Shown here piece after piece: positions 46,704 through 64,000 of a stretch of 64,000 nt of DNA (positions are counted from its first letter, which is position 1; each line of letters opens with the position of its first letter). The DNA comes from Mayamaea pseudoterrestris (taxonomy: Eukaryota). The notes under the pieces were generated by a model. The model searched no databases, was not told the origin of the DNA, and worked only from the letters and a program-made list of their open reading frames with translations. Position numbers and translations under genes: made by a program. The stretch spans positions 1 through 64,000 of the forward strand of contig BROI01000035.1 of NCBI GenBank assembly GCA_027923505.1. Direction: 5' to 3'.

Positions 46704-47087
46704 ATATTATTGTGGAACGGGGTAGATAACGCGCACGATGGCAGTCCTCGCGCGTTATTCGATCGTGCCAATTCATTGCCGCTTGATTTGAACCAACGAG
46801 AACCTCTGCGACTTAAGATGCGTCCAATGCGAGTTTCGCTCGCGGCCATGGAAAGGATGATGTTTGTGTTCACCTGCTGTACATTTTTAAGCGGCCAGGA
46901 ACGTCTGCGGTTGAAGACCTTGACGGTTTAGACTAATTCACTAGTAGAAGCATTGCAATAAACTAGCAGCGGCTGCTTGAACATCAAAAGCAACCAACTC
47001 TGCGTCATAAACAAGAGTTTTTGTGCCCGAGGTCCGAGAGTATTCTTGCTTCTTGCACTGCTGTCACCTTTCCATCCGGCAAAATTA

Positions 47088-53919
<6,832 letters not shown>

Positions 53920-54230
53920 ACTTGATTTGGCTGCTATTTTCAATATAGTGTGACTAATCTGTGACATATACGGTTTGCTAGTTCCACGTATAGTCCGTTT
54001 AATGCATACCCGGTACGTAGTTTGAAGCAATTTTTTGTCCGTAAGGCAGTTAAATAATAATCACGTCCGTAGTCAGCAGACCTATTTATGTCGTATCGGT
54101 AGTGATAATCATCGTTTGCGACATGTCAGATTTCTCGATTGACCATGGCGAATGAGTCAGGAGTTGATTGACTGTGAATCAGTCATGGCACGAAGACGTC
54201 CGTGGCTAATCTTCGCACAATAAGCTGATC

Positions 54231-55558
54231 ATGCTGGTACGATTCTTGAAAATCATTTTGCTTCAAGCGTTAATCGTCGCTGCTTGGGGATGGGTCTCTC
54301 AACACCGACGATTGCTCAGCACTCTTTCGATGAGGAAACGATCACGATCATGTCCAGCTTCTCGCTCCAGATATAAAGCATATTCACCGGAAGTCTCTAT
54401 GAATTTTGAATCGTCTAGTCCTGCCGTCTTTTCTGAAAATGCTTACACCCGCCGCAATGTAACGAGCAATATGACCGACATCAATAATTCTTCAACGTCA
54501 TATTTTCAACCAATCTTTGATTTCACAACCTTATCCACCATTGATAAGCTGGAACGCTTGGATGACGCAATCATGGGAGGAATCTCTACTTCAAGCGTTC
54601 GCAATGGCGCAGGCTGCGCGCGGTGGACGGGAGTTTGTCGGACAGACGGTGGCGGATTCTGCGGGTTCCGGACCAATCCGTTCACCAAGCCTCTCATGGC
54701 TGGCAGCGCCGACGGCTTTTACACCATGATACGACTTGCCAGCGACAATGAAGCAAAGAGACGTGTTTGGAAGTTTTCGACACGGGTTAAACCCGATCGA
54801 GGCGAGCAACTGTATCAAGCACCCGTAATTTTTGATCAAGCCACACCAGAGGAATGGTCCTTGATTAAAATTCCGTTTGATGCGTTTCGACTCGTTCGAG
54901 GACCAAAATTTGTCTCCGAGGGACCTGCTTTGAATACGACCGGAGGGTTGTATCAAATTGGCATGACCATGAGCCAATTTGAATTTGGTGGAGATTTGAA
55001 AGCGATGGACAACTTTCGAGATGGATTCTTTGAACTACACATTAAAGAGATTGGTCTCTACAAGGACGATGCACAGGTGGCCTCCCTGTTTGACGTTTCT
55101 TCGCCTCAAGTATTGGCTAAAGAGGAAGCCGCAAAGAAGCGTCCTCTATTGTTGAAAGTGTTCAAGCCTGTGTCGAAGATTTTCTTTTCCGAATCTAGGT
55201 ACGTGAACTCGCGGATTTGACGATGTTAACCTACAAAACGCGCCATTTACTCATTTGCTCCTTATTGTCTTTTATTTGCAGCCAACGCCGTAAACAAGCA
55301 ATGAAGATATTAACGAAACGAGGATTGACACGAACAGGAGCCATGCGATTTGGCTTACAATCTCGTGCGGCGGGCATGGGTTGGCCGAAATCAATCGCCA
55401 AGCTTTTTTATGTTCTCATGGCTGACTTGTTTCGTACGAGTCTCCAGTTGACACTAAAAGTGAGCCTACTGTATCCTTTTCGGATAGTGAAGAGAAGTAT
55501 GTGGAGTATGATTTCAGTGCTAAGAAGCAAACCTTCACGGCCGCAGCCAAAACATTGA
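54231..55558 (+). CDS. CIA30 (NDUFAF1-like) domain protein, likely plastid-targeted; intron 55199-55281
   Basis: LDDAIMGGISTS, GVCRTDGGGFCGFRT, IKIPFDAF..VRG, FELHIKEI; signal peptide ending AWG-W. Confidence 0.75.
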
Positions 55559-55635
55559 CTAGTTGTTTGAATGATGCGAGCATAAAGTTCCATATAATGA
55601 CAAAACTACTAAATCATACTATTGCACAGAGCCTA

Positions 55636-58071
55636 TCATTTTACTTTTACGCCAACCGTTGCATTACATCGCCATGATAGGGGCAAATTTTCACACCGTA
55701 AAGCATTAGGAAGCGCTCCCTTCCATCGCAAGCCTGCACCAATGCAGCCGAGCTTTCCGTCTCGCACCTGAACGACACCGCTGGCGTACTGGTGACTCAC
55801 GCCAAACAGAGCTTGCAGCGAATCTGCTGATGCAATTTCAACTACCTCCCAAATCATGTCTTGCGACAGCATACCTGCGCCGCAGCATTCCCGAAACAAA
55901 CCTTCGACAAGTTCTCGATGCCCCTCATCCAAATCTCGAACTTGTCTCTTCACAGCTTGTGCCATTAGGACAAACGTGCGCGCATTCCGCTTGGAGCGGC
56001 GAAAGGTTTTAACAGCGAGCGTGTAGGCTTCTTGCCGTTGCTCTACCAAGTTAAACATTCGACCGCAACCCTCTAATACCCAGTTGCAAGGATATGCAGG
56101 TAGAAGCTCATCCCTTTGCATTGCGTAATATTTATCCAGCAACACACCTAGTCGCTCTATAGGATTCACATTGCTGCCCTCCTTAACCCGTTGTATCGCC
56201 CAAGCGCGGAGTGCCATTGCATATAAGCCAGCTGCACTTTTGTCAAACCAGTCCGTCCCCAGATGTATTTGTAAAAGTGCTTCAATATGTTCGGCTGGAT
56301 ACTTCAATCCACGACGGGACTCGTACTTCCGGCCAGTCCTACAACGACCTAGCCATGCCGTAAAGAGCAGCCTCAAATGTTGTTCTCGTGGCTTGTAGTA
56401 ACGATCGCTACTCTCCAAGTATATATCCACCATGGTTTGCAGTATTAATTCGGCTCGGTTTGGAGCCTCGTCAGACGTACAACGAAGCCAGGCCTTGATG
56501 GCGATCAAAAACGATTGCCCAGTGGGCTTGGCCTTGGAACGATACCTCCGTTCCATTGCGTGCGCTAAAATAAGCTCCACAACCTTTGGTGCGAAGTTGA
56601 ACTTAGATTCTATCCATTCTTCCATAGTTTCGTTCAAATCGTAGGAGCGATGGTGCGGCGCTTCAATGGCAATGTCAATTAGTTCGTCGACCATTTTCTT
56701 TTCATCAAGCACCTCAAGTCTTTGCCACGACCGAACCATCTTTATCAAAACTGCGTGTCGCGGCCAAACGTCGCTTTCAAGCGGCAGAGGTAGTTGTAAT
56801 GATTCTGGAGGGGACATGGATCGTCCAGCCAGTCCCAAAATGTACTCGTGTGCCTTGGCCACGTGAACATCACGAGGGTGCGTCTTGAGAAGTGCCTCCA
56901 CTATCACGCCGTAAACCCACGCTCGATCGACAAGAATGGCGAGCTCATCAATGCGGCCCTCCTCGTGCAAGCGGTTTATAACGGAAACAATCTCGTTCAA
57001 TACCTGGTCTGTCGAAAGGGTCGGCACGTAGGCAACGTAGCGACTGTAGGCGCGAAGGATAGAGTGGTAGCTGTGTCCGTCCAACTTATACTCTGGATTG
57101 CTTGTAAGCAGATACAGCTGGTCCATGCGGGCAACAATAGACTTAATGCGATTTAAAGCATGGGTATCGTCACCTGTGTGCGCCTTAGCATAGGACGCCA
57201 TGACGCTATTGTAGACCATACGATCGGGAGGGTCAATTTGATATGAATGACTGGCTACATGTTGTCCTTCCTCGCGTTGCAGTAACGTTGAAACACCACT
57301 AAATCTTTCCATTTCCTCAAGTAGTTGATAAGCGCGCTCGGTTCCATGACTAACGGTATGTTTGGCTCCGCTTGCATTGCTTGACCGAGCGACTGCCCAA
57401 GCGCGTAGTGTCGACTTATAGCATCTTCGATCCGGAGCCGCCGATCGTTTAGGATCGTTCTTGTACTCTGATATCATGAGCTGCAATATTATTTCAGCGC
57501 GTTCTGCGCCTTGCAAAGTTTTCGTGTTACCCCAAGCGATAAGGGCGCGATTGTATAGCGTGGCGTCAGGATAGGGAGAATCTTCGTTTCGAGCGTCGAT
57601 CGATGACGGTAGCTGCTTTAAACAAGCAAACAGAATGCGCTCCGTCAAAAGGGCAGCCTTATAAGGCGATGCTTGATCGTTTGGTAGTCCCGATGTCATA
57701 CGGGATAGAGGAATCAACAGTGGGCCCACATCGGCCGCTGACAATATAGGTACTTGCTCGAGCTGAACAATCAGACCTTCAAGTTCCCTTGCACTTTTCT
57801 TGCTTCGAATCTGAAAGGCATCCATTTCTAACAAACTATTCCCATAGCTATATACTCGTTTAGTGTCATTTGAGCTGCCAGTTTCAATTACAGTCTGATC
57901 TTGATCCGCAATTTCCGCATGATTGAATGGAATTGAAAGTATCGACAGATGAGCGGGACGTGCCCGCAGATGTGACAGCCGTGAACTTGAAAGACTTTGA
58001 TTCCTTGTCAATAAGTTATATGTCAAGCACAGAGATCTTTTTAACGGTTGTAGCAGAAAAGAGGATGCCAT
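55636..58071 (-). CDS. PPR-like helical-repeat organellar RNA-binding protein
   Basis: Repeats PDATLYNRALIAW, PDRRCYKSTLRAW, PDRMVYNSVMASY, PTGQSFLIAIKAW, each followed by A.RAE.IL..M. Confidence 0.75.
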   Translation of the reverse strand: MASSFLLQPLKRSLCLTYNLLTRNQSLSSSRLSHLRARPAHLSILSIPFNHAEIADQDQTVIETGSSNDTKRVYSYGNSLLEMDAFQIRSKKSARELEGLIVQLEQVPILSAADVGPLLIPLSRMTSGLPNDQASPYKAALLTERILFACLKQLPSSIDARNEDSPYPDATLYNRALIAWGNTKTLQGAERAEIILQLMISEYKNDPKRSAAPDRRCYKSTLRAWAVARSSNASGAKHTVSHGTERAYQLLEEMERFSGVSTLLQREEGQHVASHSYQIDPPDRMVYNSVMASYAKAHTGDDTHALNRIKSIVARMDQLYLLTSNPEYKLDGHSYHSILRAYSRYVAYVPTLSTDQVLNEIVSVINRLHEEGRIDELAILVDRAWVYGVIVEALLKTHPRDVHVAKAHEYILGLAGRSMSPPESLQLPLPLESDVWPRHAVLIKMVRSWQRLEVLDEKKMVDELIDIAIEAPHHRSYDLNETMEEWIESKFNFAPKVVELILAHAMERRYRSKAKPTGQSFLIAIKAWLRCTSDEAPNRAELILQTMVDIYLESSDRYYKPREQHLRLLFTAWLGRCRTGRKYESRRGLKYPAEHIEALLQIHLGTDWFDKSAAGLYAMALRAWAIQRVKEGSNVNPIERLGVLLDKYYAMQRDELLPAYPCNWVLEGCGRMFNLVEQRQEAYTLAVKTFRRSKRNARTFVLMAQAVKRQVRDLDEGHRELVEGLFRECCGAGMLSQDMIWEVVEIASADSLQALFGVSHQYASGVVQVRDGKLGCIGAGLRWKGALPNALRCENLPLSWRCNATVGVKVK

Positions 58072-58381
58072 GATAACCTACGGTAGTCTCCATGGTGAAA
58101 CGCAAAGAATTTTTGTTTGTGGTCGCATGTCGTTCCGAAAATGAACGTCGTACCGGTACTGCCAGACTGGACGATTATACATCGGTAGATATAGCAGTGT
58201 CTCTCATACTCTAAGATATACCTAAACAGAGCAAAGATCGTTGATTTAGAAGGGTGTATTGTCAATTAAATGATTTGCAGGATTTATAATACTCGACGAC
58301 ATTTCTGTCTTGTGGGAGAAGCGCTCGCCACATTTCACAAGGCCTGACACTGCAGCTACAGAATAGCGGTTCAATGCATAC

Positions 58382-59086
58382 TCAAGAGGATAATCCACGT
58401 ACCTGAAAGACGCTATCGGACATAATGGCGGCCATCTTTTCCATGGCTTCCTCATTCTTTATGTCTCGAAGCTCTTTCTTTGTCCAGAACACATCAGATT
58501 TTTCGCTCTTGCGTACGGGAGAGTAGAAGAACTCATCTGGCACACCGTCATCAAAGGAAACGCTCCGATTAATGTTTCTTTTGGCGGCGGCTGATGTTAA
58601 ATCCAATAGTCGTGCAGGCGGGGGAACGGCTGCTGCTGCTGCGTCGTCGTTCTCTATAACTATCAGCCCCGAATCAATGCTCATCTCTCTTGTATTCTCT
58701 GTGTCAAAGTCAGTTTCGGCGTCGGATGACTCCGTTTCATATTCTGATGACGAAGATTCGCTGCTTTCTTCATCGCTGTCGTATTCGCTCTCGTCTCCTT
58801 CTGACTGAAAAGAATCGCTATCACTTTCGTCGTCAGCTTCATCGTCTCCGGCGTTGAATGCTTGTTCAGCAACCCACACCCAATGTCCCTGTAATAAATT
58901 TGATGATGGTACTGTCACCATATCATTAGTACCATGCTTTTTGCAAAGTTCCTTGCGGAGCGATTCTTCGAAAATATTCGCCGTCTCGTAGAACTGCTGC
59001 TCCTTAAGCCATTGCACAACGCCAGCAGTCTGGTGCGACAAGAGATCCCTGTTGCTAGAACTATTTCCGTCTTTAGTCGTAGTCAT
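58382..59086 (-). CDS. Acidic protein of unknown function (LisH-like N-terminus, RSVSF motif)
   Basis: 234-aa ATG ORF; VVQWLKEQQFYETANIFEE, a D/E/S-rich linker, and RSVSFDD...DVFWTKKEL. Confidence 0.6.
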   Translation of the reverse strand: MTTTKDGNSSSNRDLLSHQTAGVVQWLKEQQFYETANIFEESLRKELCKKHGTNDMVTVPSSNLLQGHWVWVAEQAFNAGDDEADDESDSDSFQSEGDESEYDSDEESSESSSSEYETESSDAETDFDTENTREMSIDSGLIVIENDDAAAAAVPPPARLLDLTSAAAKRNINRSVSFDDGVPDEFFYSPVRKSEKSDVFWTKKELRDIKNEEAMEKMAAIMSDSVFQVRGLSS

Positions 59087-59418
59087 CCTTTATTACGATC
59101 ATGGGATGAACACAGGATGGAAGATCGTGTTACTCCTACTCCTCGGTTTTGTTGGTCCATCGTCGGATTCGTCTTGTGTTGGGCGCGATGACAGGAAGCG
59201 ACCACTATTGCCTGACACTTTAGCTGTTTCACAATCTTCTTGTCCGACCGGTCATTACTGCCGTGCATGACCGAATCGAGTTTTCATGATTGCCCGTTTT
59301 TCGCAAAACGGTCGTGCCTTAGGATGACCTTGGCCTCCCTTCCGATGGTTGAACCCGACTCTCTCAACCGACGCGAGCTTCCGTCAATCCCTATACAGTT
59401 CCTGCTCTTTGCCGTAAA

Positions 59419-61258
59419 ATGGAGCTTCCTCAAGTGTTTCATAATGCAGTCAGCAATCAAATCAATAATCTTCATGACAGAACAAGACGGGCGTTGAATG
59501 GTCCTGCTGACAAGAAAACCGACAAGGATCACGAGACTCAACTTATGATATCTCCAATCATACATCATGGGAATAGCGGTCGAGAGCGATCGACTGGCTC
59601 ATCAGCAGCGACAGCTTTAGTATGTGAAGTAGCATCAGCAAGCATTACGAATAAACCGAAGCGAAAGATTGTTATGCCGTCACTCAGCAAGTCGACTGCA
59701 GGGACAAAACTTGTCCCCAACGACGAAACCAACAATAATGAATCGAACGACCAATATTGCGATACAGACTCTGATCGCCATGACAAGAATGTCACCTACT
59801 TTTCTCTGCTTCGTTCTAATCGCAATTTTCGATTATTCTTGATGAGCTACATTGTTGCACACTTGGGCGAATGGCTCACATACTTGGCTAGCATTTCCGC
59901 CATTGAAGAGATACAGAGTGAACACATTATAGCTAGCGGAGGCTCACAAGATGGCATCAGCAGCAGTCGCATGGCGGTTAGTCTCTTGATTGTGATACGA
60001 CTCTTACCGAATGTTATACTGAGTCCCTTTGGCGGCGCCCTCGCAGATGGCTGGGACAGACGACATATTATGATGGGCCTTGATGTATGCGGAAGCCTTG
60101 TTGCCTGGCTATTTGTCTATGCATTACACAAACGGTCTATTCCCTTGATATATATAGCGACGCTTCTACAAGAGTGCGTCGCTGGCTTGTACGAACCCAG
60201 TCGGTCGGCAATAATACCACTCATGTGTCCGGGCAACGAGGAGATGAAAAAGGCGACAACACTAGCTGGAGTAGCTTGGAGCGTCATTGCAGCATTTGGG
60301 TCTGCGGCGGGTGGGTTTCTGGTCACTCTCGTGGGTATTCATGGATGCTACAGTGAGTGATAAATGAAGAATGGGCGTTTTTGTTCAGGAAGCATTTGTT
60401 TTAAACCTCATGCTTTCTCTCCTTTAAACAGAGATTGACGTTATTACGTACTTGTTCAGCGCCGCGCTCATGTACGCAATTGGCGGAAGCTGGACTGTCG
60501 AACGGAAGAAGGCAACAGACTTTGCATCTGAGCAAAACATGATTGTTCAAGGCATTTCGTATGTACGCAACTCATTCTTCGGTGGTCTTGTCTTTTTGAA
60601 AGCGGCTGCCTTTATAATATGTGGCGCAAATGATGTGTTAAACGTGTCTTTTTCGGAGCGCGGTGGGTCCGCAGAACACCGTGCATCCCGCCTCGGTTTG
60701 CTGTTTGGGAGCGTTGGTGTCGGATGTTTCATTGGACCTCTATTTAGCGACAAATACAACGACATGAACAATCCTAGAGTGATACAAACAATATGCCTTA
60801 TTGGCTTTGCTGTTATGACTGTTGGCTGCATCATGATGGGCACCGCTAAAGAGTTTTCCATGGTTTTGTTTTCAAGTGCGTTTCGCTCCATGGGATGCAG
60901 TGTGGTATGGATCAACTCATCTTTGTTACTGCAAAAATTTTGCGTGCCGGACATGTTAGGCCGAGTAGCTTCCATTGAGTATTCGGCGGCTCTACTAGCG
61001 GAAGGTGCTTCAGCGGTAATGGCTGGTTTGCTGCAGGATAAATACCTGCTCTCCGCCGAAGAAGTTTCCCTACTGCAAGGTTTGGGCTGTGCGCTGCTTC
61101 TGATAGTGTGGTCGTCCTACCATTACAACGGCGGAGGAGCTGCATCATATGAAATTTTGGATAAGGACGATTCATCGACCGTATCATCAACGGACATTGA
61201 AGCCGATTTGCCAGAGACGGTTTCATTCCTCATGACTCCTCTCCATATAGAATCGTGA
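59419..61258 (+). CDS. Major facilitator superfamily transporter; intron 60353-60431
   Basis: NRNFRLF...GEWLTYLA, SPFGGALADGWDRRHIM (motif A), YEPSRSAIIP, LLQKF.P..LGRV.S. Start uncertain. Confidence 0.85.
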
Positions 61259-61327
61259 GGAGACGGCTAAATACACACAATTGTAAAGTCTTTGAGTAAC
61301 GCAAATTTTCCTCTGTAATTGCCGCTC

Positions 61328-61419
61328 ATGCATTAAGGCAAATCCGTTATTTCTATAGTCCTGTTGCTGCAATGCATTAAGGCAAATCCGTTATTTCTAT
61401 AGTCCTGTTGCTGCAATGC
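61328..61419. repeat. Perfect 44-bp direct tandem duplication spanning the carrier gene's stop codon
   Basis: ATGCATTAAGGCAAATCCGTTATTTCTATAGTCCTGTTGCTGCA at 61328 and 61372. Confidence 0.95.
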
Positions 61420-62623
61420 CGCAAATTCGCTTAATAAAATCATACATTAGTAGCTGCAGCGTGACAATAACGCCGACGTGTAAAAATCGTGTCTGCATCC
61501 CTACAAAGAAGCCTTTCACTCCCTTATCAGATTTCAATATAGTTCTGAAAGCATGTCGCGTTCCAGTGTGGCTGCCGTGAGCGTTGACGGCGCTCAGTAG
61601 CATGTCGCCGGGCTGACTGCTGACGCATGACAAGATACTGGCACAAGCGGCGGCAAAAAGTGGCACGCAGAACTTGACAGCAGGAGTCAGCGGAACGCCG
61701 ACTTGGATTAATGTTGCGTAGAAACGCATGGCGAAAAAATCAAAAGATACATTCTTGGTCATTGTATAGGGCACTTGCTTCAAAATCATGGCCGCCAGTC
61801 CCTTGCCCAAGAAGCCAGTGCCTTCCTTGTTTACCATGCGGCGAGTACCATCAACCCATCCGTTGTTGGCGTACTCTCGCTCGGAAACGATGCGTATCCG
61901 AATAGCCTCCATAGGGCAAAGAACAATTGACGCCGCGAATCCTGCGGCAAGTCCACAAAGCAAGTAAGCGGTCCACGGACTGTTAAACCGCGAATGATTC
62001 GCAAGGAAGCCACCAATGATTGGCTTGAGTACCTCGTAGCAACCAAACTTGATGCTGCCCTCAAACATGTATCCAAAAGTTGTCGGACCAAGTCCGTCCA
62101 ATAAGACATGCCAACCGTCATGCTGTATAATCTTTCGAAAGGCTTCCGACAAGGAAGCGTCGTCAAGAAGAGGATCGACTTGTTTCCTGGTTTTCAAGAC
62201 GTCTAATGGAAGTGGAACCGTATGTGAAATAGCGGCGCACAATCCTCCTGCTATATAATATCTCCAAGCACCTGCTCCTGAAATGCTGTAGAGCTTGATC
62301 AGCATGAAAACGCTCGAGCATGTGATGAAGGCGAGCTTGAGCTTGTCCGACGACGCAACTACCGGTAGAGGAGACTCCTGTTGCAGCAAATAGCTATTCT
62401 TGTAGTTCAGCTCCTCCGTACCCTCAATTGACTGCTTTATGTAGTCATCGTTGCCGTTCGATAAGATTCTGCTTGTCAAGAGTTGTTTCCGTATCCGCAT
62501 ATCGCGCCGCGGCAGTGTCGATCGAGGAATGAACGCATCAGATAGCTGCAAGTGGAGCAAAGTCAAGACAAACAATGATTTAAAAGAAGACTCAATCCTA
62601 AGTCCTCGTGTCCTTCTGACCAT
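61397..62623 (-). CDS. Mitochondrial-carrier-family phosphate carrier (PiC/Mir1-like) with a bipartite plastid-type presequence
   Basis: PLDVLKTRKQ, GLGPT.FGY.FEGSIKFG.YE, LCPMEAIRIR, KQVPYTMTK, SQPGD; N-terminus ...LHLQLSDA-FIPRS. Confidence 0.85.
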   Translation of the reverse strand: MVRRTRGLRIESSFKSLFVLTLLHLQLSDAFIPRSTLPRRDMRIRKQLLTSRILSNGNDDYIKQSIEGTEELNYKNSYLLQQESPLPVVASSDKLKLAFITCSSVFMLIKLYSISGAGAWRYYIAGGLCAAISHTVPLPLDVLKTRKQVDPLLDDASLSEAFRKIIQHDGWHVLLDGLGPTTFGYMFEGSIKFGCYEVLKPIIGGFLANHSRFNSPWTAYLLCGLAAGFAASIVLCPMEAIRIRIVSEREYANNGWVDGTRRMVNKEGTGFLGKGLAAMILKQVPYTMTKNVSFDFFAMRFYATLIQVGVPLTPAVKFCVPLFAAACASILSCVSSQPGDMLLSAVNAHGSHTGTRHAFRTILKSDKGVKGFFVGMQTRFLHVGVIVTLQLLMYDFIKRICGIAATGL

Positions 62624-63031
62624 ACTGAACTCACTGTCAGTCAACAGCGTTAAAAGGCAGTGAGAATGGCCATCATGGTCGTCCGCTCTCCGCTCATCAC
62701 TCGTATAACGTTGTGACAAAAAAGGTCATTTTGCGTGACGGAAGCATGACCAATCATAATTCGTCCGGGCTTGCTTTCGCGGAGGCGCAATGAGCAGCAA
62801 CTTTGCCTTCCTTCAATTGTTGTCTCCTTCATCCATGGGTCAAAAATTGTTCACAAAGTGCCATGCAATCATTATAGACGCAACTGAATAGCCAAATAAT
62901 TAGTCAAGAGTTTTTTCGATTACGCCTAGAGTCGACAGCCAAACTGCCCCTTTCGACGAGACGATTTCGTTTCGATATCGACCCGCCCGTCGTCACTCTA
63001 CAATCGACATTGCTGTTCCATTACAGCCATC

Positions 63032-63205
63032 ATGTCTCAACATGACTCAACAATCACATTGAAGCAATTGGAGGAGGAAATTGCAGCAACCCAAGTAGCC
63101 ATTCTAGCGCTGCAGGAGCAACCAGCACGAAAGAAGAGCTTGAAGCGTCGATCCGTTCGAAAACGCACAAGTCGAAAAGGACAAGCAATAGAAACGAATT
63201 TGAAT

Positions 63206-63245
<40 letters not shown>

Positions 63246-64000
63246 AAGATGAAGTTATAGCAAATGCAGTCGAAGCGCAGCATATCGATTATGGCTACGG
63301 AGACAATCAGTCTAAACCAGTCAGCAACAGCACGACAAGTTGCATTCTGCCACACACTCGCATGAACAGGCGAGCCTCCTACGCGGCCAATCCAGACTTG
63401 GATGTTACAGAGTTTCATCGGCAACAGAGGCAGCTTGAGATACAAGAAATGCATCGATTGCATCAGGAGCAGCGACAAAAGCATCTGCAAAGGGCGGCGA
63501 GTGCAGACGACGTTAAGCGTGAATCCATGACGATGTCCGAAATAAAAGATACGCCAATGCAAGCAATGAAGCAATTGGTCCAAAAAGAGGACGATCCAAT
63601 CAAGAATCTGGAAACCGAAATTGCGAAATTGGAGGCTGCACTTGCTGCTGCGCAGCAACAATCATCTACTGCGAATGCGACTAGAAGCAACAAACCATTT
63701 CATTCAAGTCAGCGGCGGCGGAAGTCGCTTCCGCCTCCTCCACCCACGCAGCCTCGACCAGTAAGCAACAATAATAGTCTCAGCATGAGCCTGCATCGCG
63801 AGCAACTCGAGCAGCAGATTCAAAGTATGCAGACAATTAACCGACGCAAGTCGTCCTTTTCCAAACCAAAAACATCACTCAATAGTGCATCACAAATGCC
63901 ACCTCTTGCATCGCCAAAGCCAAGCTACGCCAATGTTTTGCTGCACAATGCACTCACGTCGGCCGTCAAGCAGCGAGATAAGCGACTACGGCAACAAAAG
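63032..64000 (+). CDS. Partial low-complexity/coiled-coil protein running off the window (absent from the ORF track)
   Basis: Frame open from ATG 63032 (MSQHDSTITLKQLEEEIAA...) to the window end; poly-Ala (GCA)12 at 63206-63241 and a Pro-rich stretch. Confidence 0.65.

Overview
A compact eukaryotic nuclear window, most likely from a pennate diatom. Evidence: short GT-AG introns, an Lhcx light-harvesting gene, and several bipartite ASAFAP-type plastid-targeting presequences. It holds about 31 tightly packed protein genes: ribosomal S6, OSCA/CSC1 channel, RNF5-like E3, HADHB-type thiolase, USP22/UBP8, MCM5, ISY1, Lhcx, HdeD-like, His-phosphatase, NAA40, an EF-hand/cNMP kinase, FAD oxidoreductase, lipase, RadA, a peroxisomal APH kinase, F-box, elongase, Cnx1, SDG2/ATXR3-like SET protein, CIA30, PPR, MFS and a phosphate carrier. 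The strongest candidate for an undescribed system is a single-polypeptide fusion of the ER sulfhydryl oxidase Ero1, an Osm1/Fcc3-type fumarate reductase and cytochrome b5 (16274-19935, minus strand). It would act as a built-in electron wire for O2-independent disulfide formation. Other highlights: two related 42-bp tandem arrays upstream of two acyl-CoA catabolism genes; a 6-nt microexon carrying a kinase's catalytic-loop Asn; a tandem pair of Helentron/HINE-like elements with subterminal inverted repeats and GNA-triloop hairpins; and a cytosol/plastid paralogue pair of small CxxC proteins. All gene models and family calls were read by eye; no database searches were run.
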